Below, in pieces: positions 22,040-34,070 of a stretch of DNA of 64,000 bases. The position numbers and the translations under genes are program-made. This stretch comes from Candidatus Multivorans sp. (lineage in GTDB: Bacteria > Acidobacteriota > Thermoanaerobaculia > Multivoradales > Multivoraceae): the NCBI GenBank assembly GCA_965224025.1, contig OZ245033.1:1440001-1504000 (forward strand), written 5' to 3'. Positions within the stretch are counted from its first letter, which is position 1, and every line of letters starts with the position of its first letter. The notes under the pieces are model-generated. The model was not told the DNA's origin and did no database searches. It was given only the letters and a program-made list of their open reading frames with translations.

Positions 22040-22860
22040 CCGTTGCGTCTCCGGTCGCGTTCTCCCGGCGCGGACCCGTCCTGGACCTTGCCGTCCTCGA
22101 GTACGCCGGGCGGGAAGGGCTTGCCGATCCACTCGCTGGTCAGCCGCGGCGGCGGGCGCCCGTCGGTGACGTTGCCGGGCCTGAGCTGGATCAGTTCGCC
22201 GGTGAAGTGCCAGTTCTCGTAGTCTTCCTGGCCGTTCCAGACGCGCATCGAGGGGCCGGGCGTGGCGCTGTAGACGCCCAGAATCGGTCCGGCTGTCGGT
22301 CCTTCGCCCTCCTCTTCGTTCGGAGGCGGTACGGCGGTCAGTGCGCCTCCGGCGGCGCCGCCGGCCGCACCGGTATTGGTCGCTCCAGCCCTCCCGGTTC
22401 GGCGGTTTCTCTGCTGGCCGGCGTTGTTTGGAGCTCCCTGCATCAGCAGACCCCAGCGGCCCTCCTCGTCCATCGGGTTGGGCCACAACTGCCGGATGAC
22501 CCGCGGTTCGACCTCGATGAGTTCCTCGAGCGCCGTCGGCAGGCGCCCGTGTCGGACCCGGAACAGGCGGATCGCCTCGGCGTACTGGAGCCCACGGAAG
22601 ATCAGCTCCGCTTCCTTCTGCCTCTTCGCCCAACTGCTCCAGTACGGCAGCGCCGCCGCCACGGCGACGTTCATCACCGTGATCAGGACGGCGAGCACAA
22701 CGAGGTTGTAGCCGGCCTCGGAGGATCGGTCCGCGGGGCCAGGAGCTTGGGCCGCAGAGCACCCCGCCCCTGGGAACGCGGGCGTCTCGCCCGCATCCGG
22801 CCTCAAGCGCCGGTCTGTAGACGAGTGTTGGAGACGGGACACCAGGTCACCAGTCGGCAT
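22036..22860 (-). CDS. Minor pseudopilin-like protein (type II secretion/T4P), with a long leader containing a repeat element
   Basis: Cleavage-like G|YNLVVLAV without Glu5, TM helix, [24 protein letters not shown]. Confidence 0.78.
   Translation of the reverse strand: MPTGDLVSRLQHSSTDRRLRPDAGETPAFPGAGCSAAQAPGPADRSSEAGYNLVVLAVLITVMNVAVAAALPYWSSWAKRQKEAELIFRGLQYAEAIRLFRVRHGRLPTALEELIEVEPRVIRQLWPNPMDEEGRWGLLMQGAPNNAGQQRNRRTGRAGATNTGAAGGAAGGALTAVPPPNEEEGEGPTAGPILGVYSATPGPSMRVWNGQEDYENWHFTGELIQLRPGNVTDGRPPPRLTSEWIGKPFPPGVLEDGKVQDGSAPGERDRRRNG
22769..22813 (+). repeat. REP-like element family C inside the pseudopilin leader
   Basis: CCTGGGAACGCGGGCGTCTCGCCCGCATCCGGCCTCAAGCGCCGG aligns with the copy at ~15375-15487 once the 68-bp insert is removed. 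Confidence 0.8.
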
Positions 22861-23281
22861 AGGCCCCGCCCTCCAGCGCGTTCTCCTCCGAACCGGAGTG
22901 GACGTCCTCGATGCCGGGATCGCCGAAGGGTGAGAGGTCGGTCTCAGCCCAGGGGTCCTCGTCGGAGAGGGCGGGGAACTCGGCGAAGACTTCCACCCAG
23001 GTGTCGTTGCTGCGGGTGATCGGGTCCAGCGGGATCGCGCGCAGATACTCCTCTTCGACGAGGGCCTGGAGGCTCGATGGGTAGTGCCCCCTGTCCGCGT
23101 AGTGCTGATCGATGGCGTCGCGCATGACCCGGAGGTTCTGCTTCAGCGTCGCCTCCTGCGCCCGTCTCGGCGCGTTCTTCAGCAGGGGCACCGCGACGGC
23201 GGCAAGGATGCCGATGATCGCCATGACGATGATCAGCTCCAGCAGGGACATGCCGCGCTGGCCCATGATTCTTCGGTTCAT
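22847..23281 (-). CDS. GspG-like pseudopilin
   Basis: G|MSLLELIIVMAIIGILAAVAVP, LRAIPLDPIT. Confidence 0.88.
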   Translation of the reverse strand: MNRRIMGQRGMSLLELIIVMAIIGILAAVAVPLLKNAPRRAQEATLKQNLRVMRDAIDQHYADRGHYPSSLQALVEEEYLRAIPLDPITRSNDTWVEVFAEFPALSDEDPWAETDLSPFGDPGIEDVHSGSEENALEGGAYADW

Positions 23282-23282
23282 G

Positions 23283-23762
23283 TCACCACTCCTGGTACGG
23301 AACGCGGTTCAGACCGACGCCCTCGGAGAGGGAGTAGACGTCGTATAGGTTCTCTCTGCCCCAGTTCGTTTCGTCCGGGTCGTCCTGGTAGCTTCGCAGC
23401 CCCCACTCCGCCTCGCCGGTCATCGGGTCGACCGGAATACGGCGCAGGAAGCGGATCTCTCCGTCGGCCTGGCCGATCAACTGGATCGGCTCGATCAGAA
23501 CCTCGAGTTCACTCGGATAGCCGTCGGTTCCGATCTCGATCGGAATCAGGCCGACATCGCTGTAGCGCTTGTGTTCGTCGATGGCGTTGCGCAGCGTGCG
23601 CAGGTGCGACCGGAGTTCGGCCTCCTTGATCCGTTTGTTCGTGTACGTGGCGGTGGGCAGGGCGACGGCCGCCAGTGTCAGCATCACGGCGCACACCGTG
23701 ATCAGTTCCACGAGGGTGTACCCGGCTCGGCGCCGCACGCCGCCTGGGGTCGTCAGGTTCAA
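23283..23762 (-). CDS. GspG-like pseudopilin
   Basis: G|YTLVELITVCAV, FLRRIPVDPMTG, YDVYSLS. Confidence 0.88.
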   Translation of the reverse strand: MNLTTPGGVRRRAGYTLVELITVCAVMLTLAAVALPTATYTNKRIKEAELRSHLRTLRNAIDEHKRYSDVGLIPIEIGTDGYPSELEVLIEPIQLIGQADGEIRFLRRIPVDPMTGEAEWGLRSYQDDPDETNWGRENLYDVYSLSEGVGLNRVPYQEW

Positions 23763-26158
23763 GCGACCGTCTCCCGTCCGGGTCGGTCCGGCGGCTCGAC
23801 GTCGCGGATCTCGATCTCCAGCGGACGCACGGTCGGCGCCGGCAGCGCTTCGAGGTCGGGACCCCTTGGCTTGGCCTGCTCGACAGCGATCGTTGCCCTG
23901 CCGGGACCTACCGCCCGCACCTCGAGAGCCAGCACGTGGCCTCGTCCGGCCACTCCCGCCCGATCGCCCAGCCGGCTGAGGCCGACGATCACCGTGCCCG
24001 GTGTCGAGTTGTCGGTCATCAGGGAGATCTCGCTCTGGTCGCCCAGGAAGGACTCGGCCCTGACCGCGGTCACCTCGATCCGCTCCGGGTCGTACCGGAG
24101 CTGCAGCGGCAGGTGGGAGAGCGGAGCGCGGGCCCTGATGTCCAGGCGCGCTTCGAAGCTGTCGCCGACCGTCGCGCGCAGCGCCTGGGGTGCGAAGGAT
24201 AGCTCGATCTCGGGGTCGGTCCGCGCCGGCGACGGCTGGAAGAGGGCTGGAACGATCGCGGGCGGTCTTTCAAGCAGACCGGCGTTCTGGAGCGGGCTGC
24301 CCGGCGGCGGGACGAGTTCGACGCCCAGAGGGGGTTGGTCGTCTCCTTCCTCGCCTGTGTCGCCTTCGGGCGCCGCGTCGCGCAGCCCCGGCGGCAGCCG
24401 CTCCTCCAATTGCTGCCGCGTCTCGTCGCTCTCATCCGGCGGCTCGTCGAACGGACCGTCGATCCCGGAGTCGATCCGCGGACTCGAGCCGCGGAAAACG
24501 ACGTTCTGCTCCGTGCCGACCCAGATCGGCGCCAGGTCCTGTTCGGTGATGTCCGCCCGACGGATGATGTGCGGCGTCAGAGTCAGCACGATGTCGGTGC
24601 GCCTGTTGTCGCTCCCCTTCTTGGAGAACAGGCGGCCCAGCACCGGGATCTCCGACAGTCCGGGGATCCCGTTCTGGGTGTTCGACTCGTTGGTGCGGAT
24701 CAGCCCCGCGAGGAAGTTGGTCTCGCCGTCGCGCAGCCGGATGCTGGTCTGGATGTTGCGGCTTCCGATGATCGGCTGGTCGCCGATCTGGCCGCTCAGG
24801 TCGCTGACCTCGATCTCCAGGTCCAGGGAGACCTCCTCGTTGTGGTGGACGCGGGGTGTGATGTCCACCTGGATGCCCACGTTCTGGTACTGGTAGGACG
24901 TGATGGGCACCACGTTGCTGCCCGCGGTGTTCGCGGTATTGAAGCTGGTCACCGGGATCGGCACCCGGTCGCCGATCGAGAAGGAACTCTCTTCTCCTTC
25001 CGTGATGCGCACCTGCGGCTTGGCCAGCGTCTGCGCGTCGGTCGATCTCTTCACGAAGTCGAACAGGAAACCGGGCACGCTGAGCACCCAGTTGTTCTGA
25101 TTCAGCGATTCGACGTCCGACATTCTGAGCGGCACATCCTCGCCGCCGATGTCGAGGCTGATGCCGAGGGTGGTCGCGTCCAGCGAAAGGCCCAGATTCT
25201 GGAGTTTCGTGGTGTTGATCTCCAGCAGCTCGACGTCGATGACGACTTCGGCCTTCGCCTTGTCGCTCTGCTCGATGATCCGTTCCGCGACCTTGACCTT
25301 CTCGACGCTGTCGAGCATGACGATCGCGTTCAGCCGTTCGTTCGCGGCGATGAACCGGGTCGCAAGCAGGCTGCGCAGAATGGTCATCACGTCCTTCACG
25401 TCCGAGTTCGAGAGGAAGAAGGTCTGAATGATCCGGTCCTCGTACGCTTGGCGATTCGCGGGCGTGTTCTGCAGGATCATGATCGTCTGTTCGTCGAGCA
25501 CCTTGTAGAAGTGCCCCAGGCTCTGCATCAGAATCTCGAGGCCCTCGAGCGCGGTCACCTCCCGCAGCTCGATGGGGCTGGCGAGCGGTGCGTCCCGCAG
25601 GCGGGGATCGAACACGACGTTGAACCCGAAGGCCTGCCCGATCGCGCGGTAGATCTCCATGAAGGTCGCGTTGGGGAAATCGAAGGTGATCGGTTCGTCG
25701 GAACGCGGACTCAGGACCGGCGGCATCGGCTCGGCGCCGCGGGTCTCCTCCTTGAGCTGGGAGATGGTCTTCGACCCGCGACCGCTGCTCTCGATCCGGG
25801 TCCGGATCTTCTCCAGTTCGGTGAGGGCGTACTGGTTCGTCGGGTCGAGCTGCACGGCGCGCTGCATCTCGAGCAGCGCGTCCCGGTCGCGGCCGGCCTC
25901 CTGCAGCTTCCGCCCCTGCTCGAAGTGGGCATGGGCGGCCTGGGTCTTGGCGCGCAGCAGACCGGCCCGGTAGCGGAGGTCCGAGGGATCGGCCGTGACC
26001 AGTTCCATGTAGCGGAGGACGGCGGCGTCCCAGTCGCCCGCGACTTCCGCGTGTTGCGCTTCGCGGAAGCTCCGGTAGCCGCTACAGGAGGCGAAGACCA
26101 CCAGAAGCAGGAGAGCCAGCGCCAGAGTGCGCGGCCGCTGTTCGTTTCGTTCGTCCAT
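23759..26158 (-). CDS. gspD: Secretin (GspD/PilQ family) lipoprotein with N-terminal TPR and C-terminal cohesin-like domain
   Basis: Lipobox FASC, TPR-like helices, IGDRVPI, VGIQVDITPRVH, GIPGLSEIPVLGRLF, LTLTPHIIR. C-terminal LQLRYDP..GTVIVGLSR. Confidence 0.88.
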   Translation of the reverse strand: MDERNEQRPRTLALALLLLVVFASCSGYRSFREAQHAEVAGDWDAAVLRYMELVTADPSDLRYRAGLLRAKTQAAHAHFEQGRKLQEAGRDRDALLEMQRAVQLDPTNQYALTELEKIRTRIESSGRGSKTISQLKEETRGAEPMPPVLSPRSDEPITFDFPNATFMEIYRAIGQAFGFNVVFDPRLRDAPLASPIELREVTALEGLEILMQSLGHFYKVLDEQTIMILQNTPANRQAYEDRIIQTFFLSNSDVKDVMTILRSLLATRFIAANERLNAIVMLDSVEKVKVAERIIEQSDKAKAEVVIDVELLEINTTKLQNLGLSLDATTLGISLDIGGEDVPLRMSDVESLNQNNWVLSVPGFLFDFVKRSTDAQTLAKPQVRITEGEESSFSIGDRVPIPVTSFNTANTAGSNVVPITSYQYQNVGIQVDITPRVHHNEEVSLDLEIEVSDLSGQIGDQPIIGSRNIQTSIRLRDGETNFLAGLIRTNESNTQNGIPGLSEIPVLGRLFSKKGSDNRRTDIVLTLTPHIIRRADITEQDLAPIWVGTEQNVVFRGSSPRIDSGIDGPFDEPPDESDETRQQLEERLPPGLRDAAPEGDTGEEGDDQPPLGVELVPPPGSPLQNAGLLERPPAIVPALFQPSPARTDPEIELSFAPQALRATVGDSFEARLDIRARAPLSHLPLQLRYDPERIEVTAVRAESFLGDQSEISLMTDNSTPGTVIVGLSRLGDRAGVAGRGHVLALEVRAVGPGRATIAVEQAKPRGPDLEALPAPTVRPLEIEIRDVEPPDRPGRETVA

Positions 26159-26172
26159 GTACTTGAAGTCCT

Positions 26173-26763
26173 CTAGCTGCCGTTCGGTCGACCGCCGATG
26201 GCCAGTCGCACCGCCGGTTCGTCGGGGAAGCCCACGAACACCAGGTCGACCGACTCGTAGCCGATCCGCCGTACTTCGAACTGCTCCTTGACCAGGTCGC
26301 CCTCGAGCGCGTTGTAGATCTCCGTCCCGTCCGAGAACACGGCGACCGGATCGGCGTCCCGTCCCAGGGTGCCGAGATAGACGATGTCGACCGCGGGAGG
26401 CCGCGGGCCGATCGGCTTCGGCGCCGGGGGCTTCGGTCTGTTCGGGACGACGGGCTGAACGGGTTGCGGCTCGGGCGCCGGAATCGTCGTTTCGGGAGTC
26501 GCCCGCTCGGGCGCCGGCCGGCTTCCGAACGACCAGGGGTCGCGTGTCTGCGTGCCCTCCGGCGGCGGCTGGTCCAGTGTGTGCGCGGCCAACTCCGCGA
26601 CCTCGATCGTCGCCGAGCGCAAGTCGGCGGAGGTGGTGCGGGTGAAGCCGGGGCCACCGCCGAACGAGGGGAGATAGCGCCAGCCGGCGATCACTGCGAC
26701 AACCGCGAGCAGGCCCAGCAGCAGGGGCCGCGGCCGGTTCGATCCGGCTTCAGCGGCGCTCAT
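26173..26763 (-). CDS. Bitopic Pro-rich assembly protein (PilP/GspC-like position)
   Basis: TM helix, RDPWSFG, YLGTLG..VAVF..EGDLV..FEVRRIG; operon position. Confidence 0.65.
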   Translation of the reverse strand: MSAAEAGSNRPRPLLLGLLAVVAVIAGWRYLPSFGGGPGFTRTTSADLRSATIEVAELAAHTLDQPPPEGTQTRDPWSFGSRPAPERATPETTIPAPEPQPVQPVVPNRPKPPAPKPIGPRPPAVDIVYLGTLGRDADPVAVFSDGTEIYNALEGDLVKEQFEVRRIGYESVDLVFVGFPDEPAVRLAIGGRPNGS

Positions 26764-27341
26764 GCTCCCGCCTCCCGACTTGTCGCCCTGGACTCGCCGT
26801 CGGAGAACAGGGTCGACAGACGCAGGTCGATGCGCAGGTTCGGAGTCGCTTCGCTCAGGCTGATCGATTCGAGGGCGACGAACGTGTCCGTCAGCTCGAG
26901 TTGGTCGATCAGCCGCCGCAACTGGGTGTAGTTCCCTTCGACCGTGAACACGAGCGACTTCTCGACCAGCCCGTACTGCTCCAACTGCTCCTCGGGATAC
27001 GAGATCGAGCCCGGGTGGAGAAGCCCGGAGCGGTCGGCGAGATCCTTGACCTCCCGGATGAGGTTGGTCAGCCGTTCCCGCTCGGTGGCGAACCCCTCGC
27101 GGTAGAGGCTCGCCACGCGGCTGCGCGTCGCCTCGACCGTCGCCACCTGGCCTTCGCGGCGGGCCACCTCCTGGGTTGTGCGGGTGCGCAGGTTGCCCAC
27201 TTCGGCGATCTCCTCTTCCAGCGCCTGGAAGCGGCCCGCGTAGACGCCGCGGTACGTCGACAGCAGGCCCGCGTTGATCACGCACAGGCCCACGCCGATC
27301 CAGAACCAGATGCGCAGGCGCCATACCCGGCGGCGGCTCAC
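26760..27341 (-). CDS. PilO/GspM-like protein
   Basis: TM helix, coiled coil, VEGNYTQLRRLIDQLE. Confidence 0.75.
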   Translation of the reverse strand: MSRRRVWRLRIWFWIGVGLCVINAGLLSTYRGVYAGRFQALEEEIAEVGNLRTRTTQEVARREGQVATVEATRSRVASLYREGFATERERLTNLIREVKDLADRSGLLHPGSISYPEEQLEQYGLVEKSLVFTVEGNYTQLRRLIDQLELTDTFVALESISLSEATPNLRIDLRLSTLFSDGESRATSREAGA

Positions 27342-28012
27342 GGCTGACCCTCCATCGGCGCTGCCTCCTCTCCGATGGCTGCGGTGTCCGCGGCGGCTTC
27401 GGGCTCGCCTGCGGCGCTCTCCGGCGTGTAGGCGACGGCGATCGTGAAGTCCAGCGGGCCGGAGTCCTGCTGGCTTTCGTGCCGCAGCTTCGGGCCGTGG
27501 AACGAGGGGTGTTCGAACAGGGAGTCGATCAGCTCGAGCAGGCCATCTCCGTCCTGGGCTTCGCCGCTGATGTCGAGCATGACGCGCGCGGCAACGTCCG
27601 TGCCCGGCTCGGGCTGGCGTCTGCGGCGCCGCTCGCTCGGCTGGGGCGCCAGGCTGCGCAGCCGCGTGCTCCATGGCAGCACCTGTTCGATGTCGGTGAA
27701 CAGCCGGCCCCAAGGGAAGCGCCGATCCGCGATGCGCTCGTTCAGGAACGCGACCTCGCGGTTCTGGGACTGCACATCGAGGCGCGCGAGGTCCGAAGCC
27801 AACCGGTCCAGTTCGGCGCCGTCGGCGGCGAGTTGCCGGCGCAGCTCGGCGAGCTCGGTGCGAGCGTCGGCGGAGCCGGTGAGATAGCCCCAGTACAGCA
27901 CCGCGTTGAGTGCCAGGAGGGCCATCCCGAGCGCCCACAAGAGCGCGGTCAAGCGCCGCCAGGGACGGCGGTTGACGAACGGGCGGGCGGCCAGGTTGAA
28001 CGCGTTCTTCAT
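27338..28012 (-). CDS. PilN-like protein
   Basis: FNLAARPF, TM helix, coiled coil, PWGRLFTDIEQVLP, ISGEA. Confidence 0.8.
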   Translation of the reverse strand: MKNAFNLAARPFVNRRPWRRLTALLWALGMALLALNAVLYWGYLTGSADARTELAELRRQLAADGAELDRLASDLARLDVQSQNREVAFLNERIADRRFPWGRLFTDIEQVLPWSTRLRSLAPQPSERRRRRQPEPGTDVAARVMLDISGEAQDGDGLLELIDSLFEHPSFHGPKLRHESQQDSGPLDFTIAVAYTPESAAGEPEAAADTAAIGEEAAPMEGQP

Positions 28013-28984
28013 GTCCTCACCGTCAGCGACGCGCCGAGCATCGGCAGCGCCTGCTGCACGCCGATGTCCTGGGTCGCAGGTCCGGCGCCGAGGGTCCCGT
28101 TGCCGTCGAGAATCCGGGCAGGCAGCTCCAAACCCTCTTCGAGCCGGTCGCGCCAAACGCCCCGAACCTCTTCGGCGGCCAGCATCAGGGCGTACCTGGG
28201 CAGGGTCCGCCCGTCGCCGAACAGCTCGCGTTCCTCGATGAAGCTCCTGGTCAGCCGCAGGTCGCGTACTGCCAGGTCGGAGGCGACGGAAGACGCCAGT
28301 CCCGGGTCGATGCTCTTGTATCGGAAGAGAGTTGGACCCTCGTCTGCGTGGGCGAGCAGGGAGTAGCCGTCGCGATGGGCGACGAGGAGCAGGAAGGGGC
28401 CCGAGTCGCCATGAAGCCGAGCGATGCTGTCAGCAGCGCTCAGGCTCTCGTTCGTCACCGCGCCGATGTGGATGCCGGCGCCCCTGAACGAGTCTTCGAT
28501 CTGGGCCAGGACGTGTTCGACGCCGAAGCCGATCAGGAAGCGGGTCGCGCCCTTGCCGGCGGCGCCGGCCTGCCTGCCGCGCACGCGGAGTTCCTCGACC
28601 CGGAAAGGTACCTGCTTTCGGAGCTTGAAGCGCAGGGTCTCCTGCAGCAGGTGCGGCTTCCCCGGAACCTCTTCGAGTTCGGCGAAGGTCAGCCGGAGCC
28701 AGCGGTCGGGGAGGACCAGGGCGGCGCGGGCGACCGGCTCTCCAATGGCGGTATCGGCGGCCTGCTGAAGCTCGGCGACCACTTCGTGGAACTGGGCGGG
28801 CGCCCGTAGCGGTCCGCCCAGCGCGCCGTCCTGGAAGGTGTCGGCCGGCAGCTCCCGTCGTCGAACGGCCTGCAGCTCCGGGACCGATCCGTCCTGGCGC
28901 AGGAAGTGCGCCAGGACGAGTTCGCGCTCGTCGAGCAGGAACACCGACGCCGGTCCCCGAGGGTCGTCGAGGCCGACCAGGCGT

Positions 28985-30669
<1,685 letters not shown>

Positions 30670-30670
<1 letters not shown>

Positions 30671-31911
30671 CAGCCCTGCACCTGTCCGAGCACGCTGAAC
30701 AGCGGCAGATACATGGAAAGGACGAGCAGCGCGATGGTGAAGCCCATGACCACCAGCATCACCGGCTCGATCAGGGAGAGCAGCCGCTCGGTGCGGGTCT
30801 CGATGTCCTCGTCGAGAAAGTCGGAGACGCTGTTCACCATTTCGTCCAGCGCCCCGGTCGCCTCGCCGACCTTGACCATGTCGATGGCGAGATCGGTGAA
30901 CACTTCCGACTCCTCGAGCGCGGTATGGAAGGCCGCACCCTCTTTGATCCGCGGCCCGAGCGTCACTGCACGTCGGTGGAGAAACCTGTTCGTGACCGCG
31001 GAAGCCGAGGTGTCGAGCGCCGAGGCCAGCGGCAGGCCGCCGTGCAGCAAGGTGGCCAGGGAGCGGCAGAACTCGGACAGCGCGAAGCGGTGGAGGATCG
31101 GTCCAATGATCGGCAGCCGCAGCTTCAGGCGGTCGACCATGGCGCCGAGACGACCGCTGCGTCCCACCCTCCAGGCGGCCCAGCCGCCTGCGGCCGCCGC
31201 GGCAAGGAAGACCAGCGTGGTCGGGTTGCGCAGCAGTTGGGACAGGCTCAGCAACGTCTGCGTGATCCAGGGCAGGTCGAGGTCGAGGGCCTGGTAGAAC
31301 TCCTCGAAGCGCGGCATGACGAAGAACATCATCACCGTCACGATGCCGGCCGACAGGCAGACCAGCAACGCCGGGTAGAAGAGCGCGCTGACCACGCGCT
31401 TGCGGGAACCGGTGACCAGCTTGAGCTGCCGGACGTAGCGGCGGATCACCCGCTCCAGCCCGCCGCTCTGCTCGCCGGCCTTGAGCATCGACGCGTAGAT
31501 CGGCGGGAAGGCCTTGCCAGCGGCGGCGAACGCCTCGGAGAGTTCCTCGCCGCTCTCGACCCGGTCCTTGATCTCGCCCAGCGCTTCCTTGAACGCGGCG
31601 TTGCGCTGCCGTTCGTGCATCAGCTCCAGGCACTGGAGCAGGGGCAGTCCGGCGCCGAGCAGGCCGGCCAACTGTTGATTGAAGACCAGAAAGTCCGGGC
31701 CGGGGATCGTCTTGCGTGAGCTGCCCGGTCGGGTCGTCGAGGCCGGTCCCAGCAGCGATCCCAGCGTGTGCTGCAGGCCGCGGCGCCGGATCTCGAAGAC
31801 GTGGAGTCCGCGGCGCTCGATCTCGCGCCGCGCGCTGCGGAGATCCGCCGCTTCGTGAGTCTGCTCGAGGATGCGACCGTCGGCAGTGCCCAGCCGGCAG
31901 ACGAACTGCAT
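30670..31911 (-). CDS. gspF: GspF/PilC inner-membrane platform protein
   Basis: FNQQLAGLLGAGLPL, AGEQSGGL, ALFYP, VGEATGALDEM, IEPVML, MYLPLF. Confidence 0.92.
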
Positions 31912-31924
31912 GATCAGAGCGGCC

Positions 31925-32644
31925 CTACTCGCCGGCGCCCAGGCTGTCTTCCTGGGATGGCCGGACGGTTACAGCGACCACGAGGCCGCTGGAGCTGGAG
32001 CCCCGGTACGGCAGCGCCAGCACCAGGGGCTTGCCGACCCAGACGTTCAGATGGCCGCTGAAGACGCCCTCGTCCAGAGCGTCGCCGCGGCTCCGCTCGA
32101 TCTCGACGCCGTACAGCTTCAGCCGGCGGTCGAGCAGCACGGTGCCGACCCGGAAGCCGAGCCGGAACTCGGCGCCGATCTCGAAGCGGACGTCCTCACC
32201 CTCCATGGCCTCGAAGCGGCCCTGGCCGAGCAGCCGGTAGCTCGTGAAAGCCAGCCAGTTGGCCAACTCGTCTGTGAGTTGCGCGGGCAGTTCGGATCGC
32301 GGGTCGCCGCGGCCTCGGCGCGACGCTTCGAGAATGAAGATCTCGAACTCGATCTGACGGCGGGGGTGGTCGAAGTCGCGCAGCAGAGCCAGCAGGTGTT
32401 CGAGGACGCTGCTCGCGTCCCTCAGCACGAGGGTGTTCGTCGCACGTTGCAGTTCGATCGTGCCGTGAGGCGACATCTCGCTCTGCATCCACTCCAGGGC
32501 GTCGTCGGCGCGCTGATGCTGGAGCGTGAACGCATGGCGGATCTGCGTCTCGGCCTCCTGTTGCGCGGCGACGGAGACCGGGAGCAGCATCAGGGCGGCC
32601 ACGGCCCAGGCGATTCGGGCGCCCGCGGAAGACGCCGCCGTCAT
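31925..32644 (-). CDS. Exported protein with a stand-alone secretin-N (NolW-like) domain
   Basis: Signal peptide ending VAA|QQ; TNTLVLRD..LLRDFDHPRRQIEFEIFILE; no secretin barrel. Confidence 0.6.
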   Translation of the reverse strand: MTAASSAGARIAWAVAALMLLPVSVAAQQEAETQIRHAFTLQHQRADDALEWMQSEMSPHGTIELQRATNTLVLRDASSVLEHLLALLRDFDHPRRQIEFEIFILEASRRGRGDPRSELPAQLTDELANWLAFTSYRLLGQGRFEAMEGEDVRFEIGAEFRLGFRVGTVLLDRRLKLYGVEIERSRGDALDEGVFSGHLNVWVGKPLVLALPYRGSSSSGLVVAVTVRPSQEDSLGAGE

Positions 32645-33195
32645 GGCGCGATCTCCGTGACCACGAGGACCACATCGAGGTTGGAGGCGAGGCCGTCGCC
32701 GGGGAGTTGGAACACACGCATCGGCTCGTCGCCGAGCGGCTCCACGAGCGGGGCCATGGCGATATGGGCCGGGAGACTCAGTTCGGACCCCAGGACATCG
32801 CCGGCCGGCGGCGCGGTCTCCGGCCATAGCAGGAGACTCAGGCCGAGCGCCGCGGCCGCGGCGCCCGCGGCCAGCACCGACGCGAGGGGCATCCGGCGGC
32901 GGGCGGTACGCGCCGCGTTGAGCCGCCTTTCCGTGGCGCGTCCGTCGAGTTCGAGCCGGACCCGCTTGCGGAGTTCGTCGACATCGTGGGCCATGTCGGT
33001 CCGGTCACGAGCGCCGTTGAAGTCGCCGCTGAAGATGAGCAGCGGATCGACCTGGAGCGAGACTACGCGGCAGTTCCCGCAATCCTCCCGGTGGCGGAGG
33101 GCGTCTTCCCAGGCGCGGTCCACGCCCGCGGCGCTCCGTTCGGCGTGCTCGCGCTCGCGTACGAGCGCGGCCCAATCCGGGCAGGCGGTGGTCAT
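32641..33195 (-). CDS. Zinc-binding (ZAS) anti-sigma factor
   Basis: HREDCGNC (HxxxCxxC), one TM helix, ATGA-coupled to the ECF sigma. Confidence 0.75.
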   Translation of the reverse strand: MTTACPDWAALVREREHAERSAAGVDRAWEDALRHREDCGNCRVVSLQVDPLLIFSGDFNGARDRTDMAHDVDELRKRVRLELDGRATERRLNAARTARRRMPLASVLAAGAAAAALGLSLLLWPETAPPAGDVLGSELSLPAHIAMAPLVEPLGDEPMRVFQLPGDGLASNLDVVLVVTEIAP

Positions 33196-33902
33196 GAGCG
33201 TTCCTCGATCCCGGCGTGCTGGACCCGGGCGTGTTGGGCGTATTCGGGGTACCGCTTGAGCAGTTCCTTGCGGAGTTGCCGGCGGCTGTTGAACAGATGG
33301 TTGCGGACGGTAGAGGGGCGGATGCCGAGGATGCGAGCGATCTCCTTGCCCTTCAGCCCCTCCATCTCGCGTAGAACGAAGACCGCGCGCTGCTTGTCGC
33401 TCAGCGTCGACGCCAACTCCAGGAACACGGACTTGATCTCTCGTTCGGACAGCTTCTCGAGCTGGCGGGCGAAGGCTTCGCCGCTCTGGTGCTCGTGCTG
33501 CAACTGGAAACCCTGCAGCGAGCGGATGCGGGACGAGCGGGAGCGCAGGTGGTCGATCGCGAGGTTGGAGACGATGCGGTAGATCCAGGTGTTCGGGCTG
33601 TAGCGTTGGTCGAAGCGTCGGCGTGAGTCCCAGATCCGCAGGAAGGCGATCTGCACGATGTCGCGCGCGTCCTCCCGGTCGCCCACCATGCTGGTCGCCA
33701 GGTGCAGCAACTGGGCGCCCTTGCGCCGCATCAACTCGTCGAGCGCGAGTTCGTCGTCACTGCGCATGCCCTCCAGCAGTTCGACATCGGACGCCTCGGA
33801 CCACGCCACCTTGCGCTGACGGCGCGAGTAGGCGATCGTCAGACCGCTCCGTGGAGGATCTTCGCGTGGCGGTTCCATGCGGATAGCTTGCGCGGATCTC
33901 AT
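33192..33902 (-). CDS. ECF RNA polymerase sigma factor
   Basis: DARDIVQIAFLRIW, TWIYRIVSNLAIDHLR, EIARILGIRPSTVRNHL. Start is 33902 or 33878. Confidence 0.9.
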   Translation of the reverse strand: MRSAQAIRMEPPREDPPRSGLTIAYSRRQRKVAWSEASDVELLEGMRSDDELALDELMRRKGAQLLHLATSMVGDREDARDIVQIAFLRIWDSRRRFDQRYSPNTWIYRIVSNLAIDHLRSRSSRIRSLQGFQLQHEHQSGEAFARQLEKLSEREIKSVFLELASTLSDKQRAVFVLREMEGLKGKEIARILGIRPSTVRNHLFNSRRQLRKELLKRYPEYAQHARVQHAGIEERS

Positions 33903-34007
33903 GCCTCGCTGTTGATACGGAGGCCCGGGGCAAAGCGTCCAAAGACCGCGCTCGGAGGAACCTGGAACGCTCTCCGCCCGACCGCGACGACGACTGGAGG
34001 CAGCGGA

Positions 34008-34015
34008 ATTATACT
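34008..34015. promoter_or_regulatory. Overlapping divergent -10 boxes (TATAAT on minus, TATACT on plus)
   Basis: ATTATACT is an AT-rich patch in the GC-rich gap between the divergent sigma and waaA genes. Confidence 0.5.
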
Positions 34016-34070
34016 CCCGGACCGGTGCGGTCCCGATCAGACGCCTCGTCTCCGACCGCTCTTCCAAGGC

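Noticed and set aside
33910-33945. Autoregulatory ECF promoter upstream of the second sigma (GGACGC..CGTATC)
   Set aside because: The -35 lacks the usual AAC and there is no second instance to support it.
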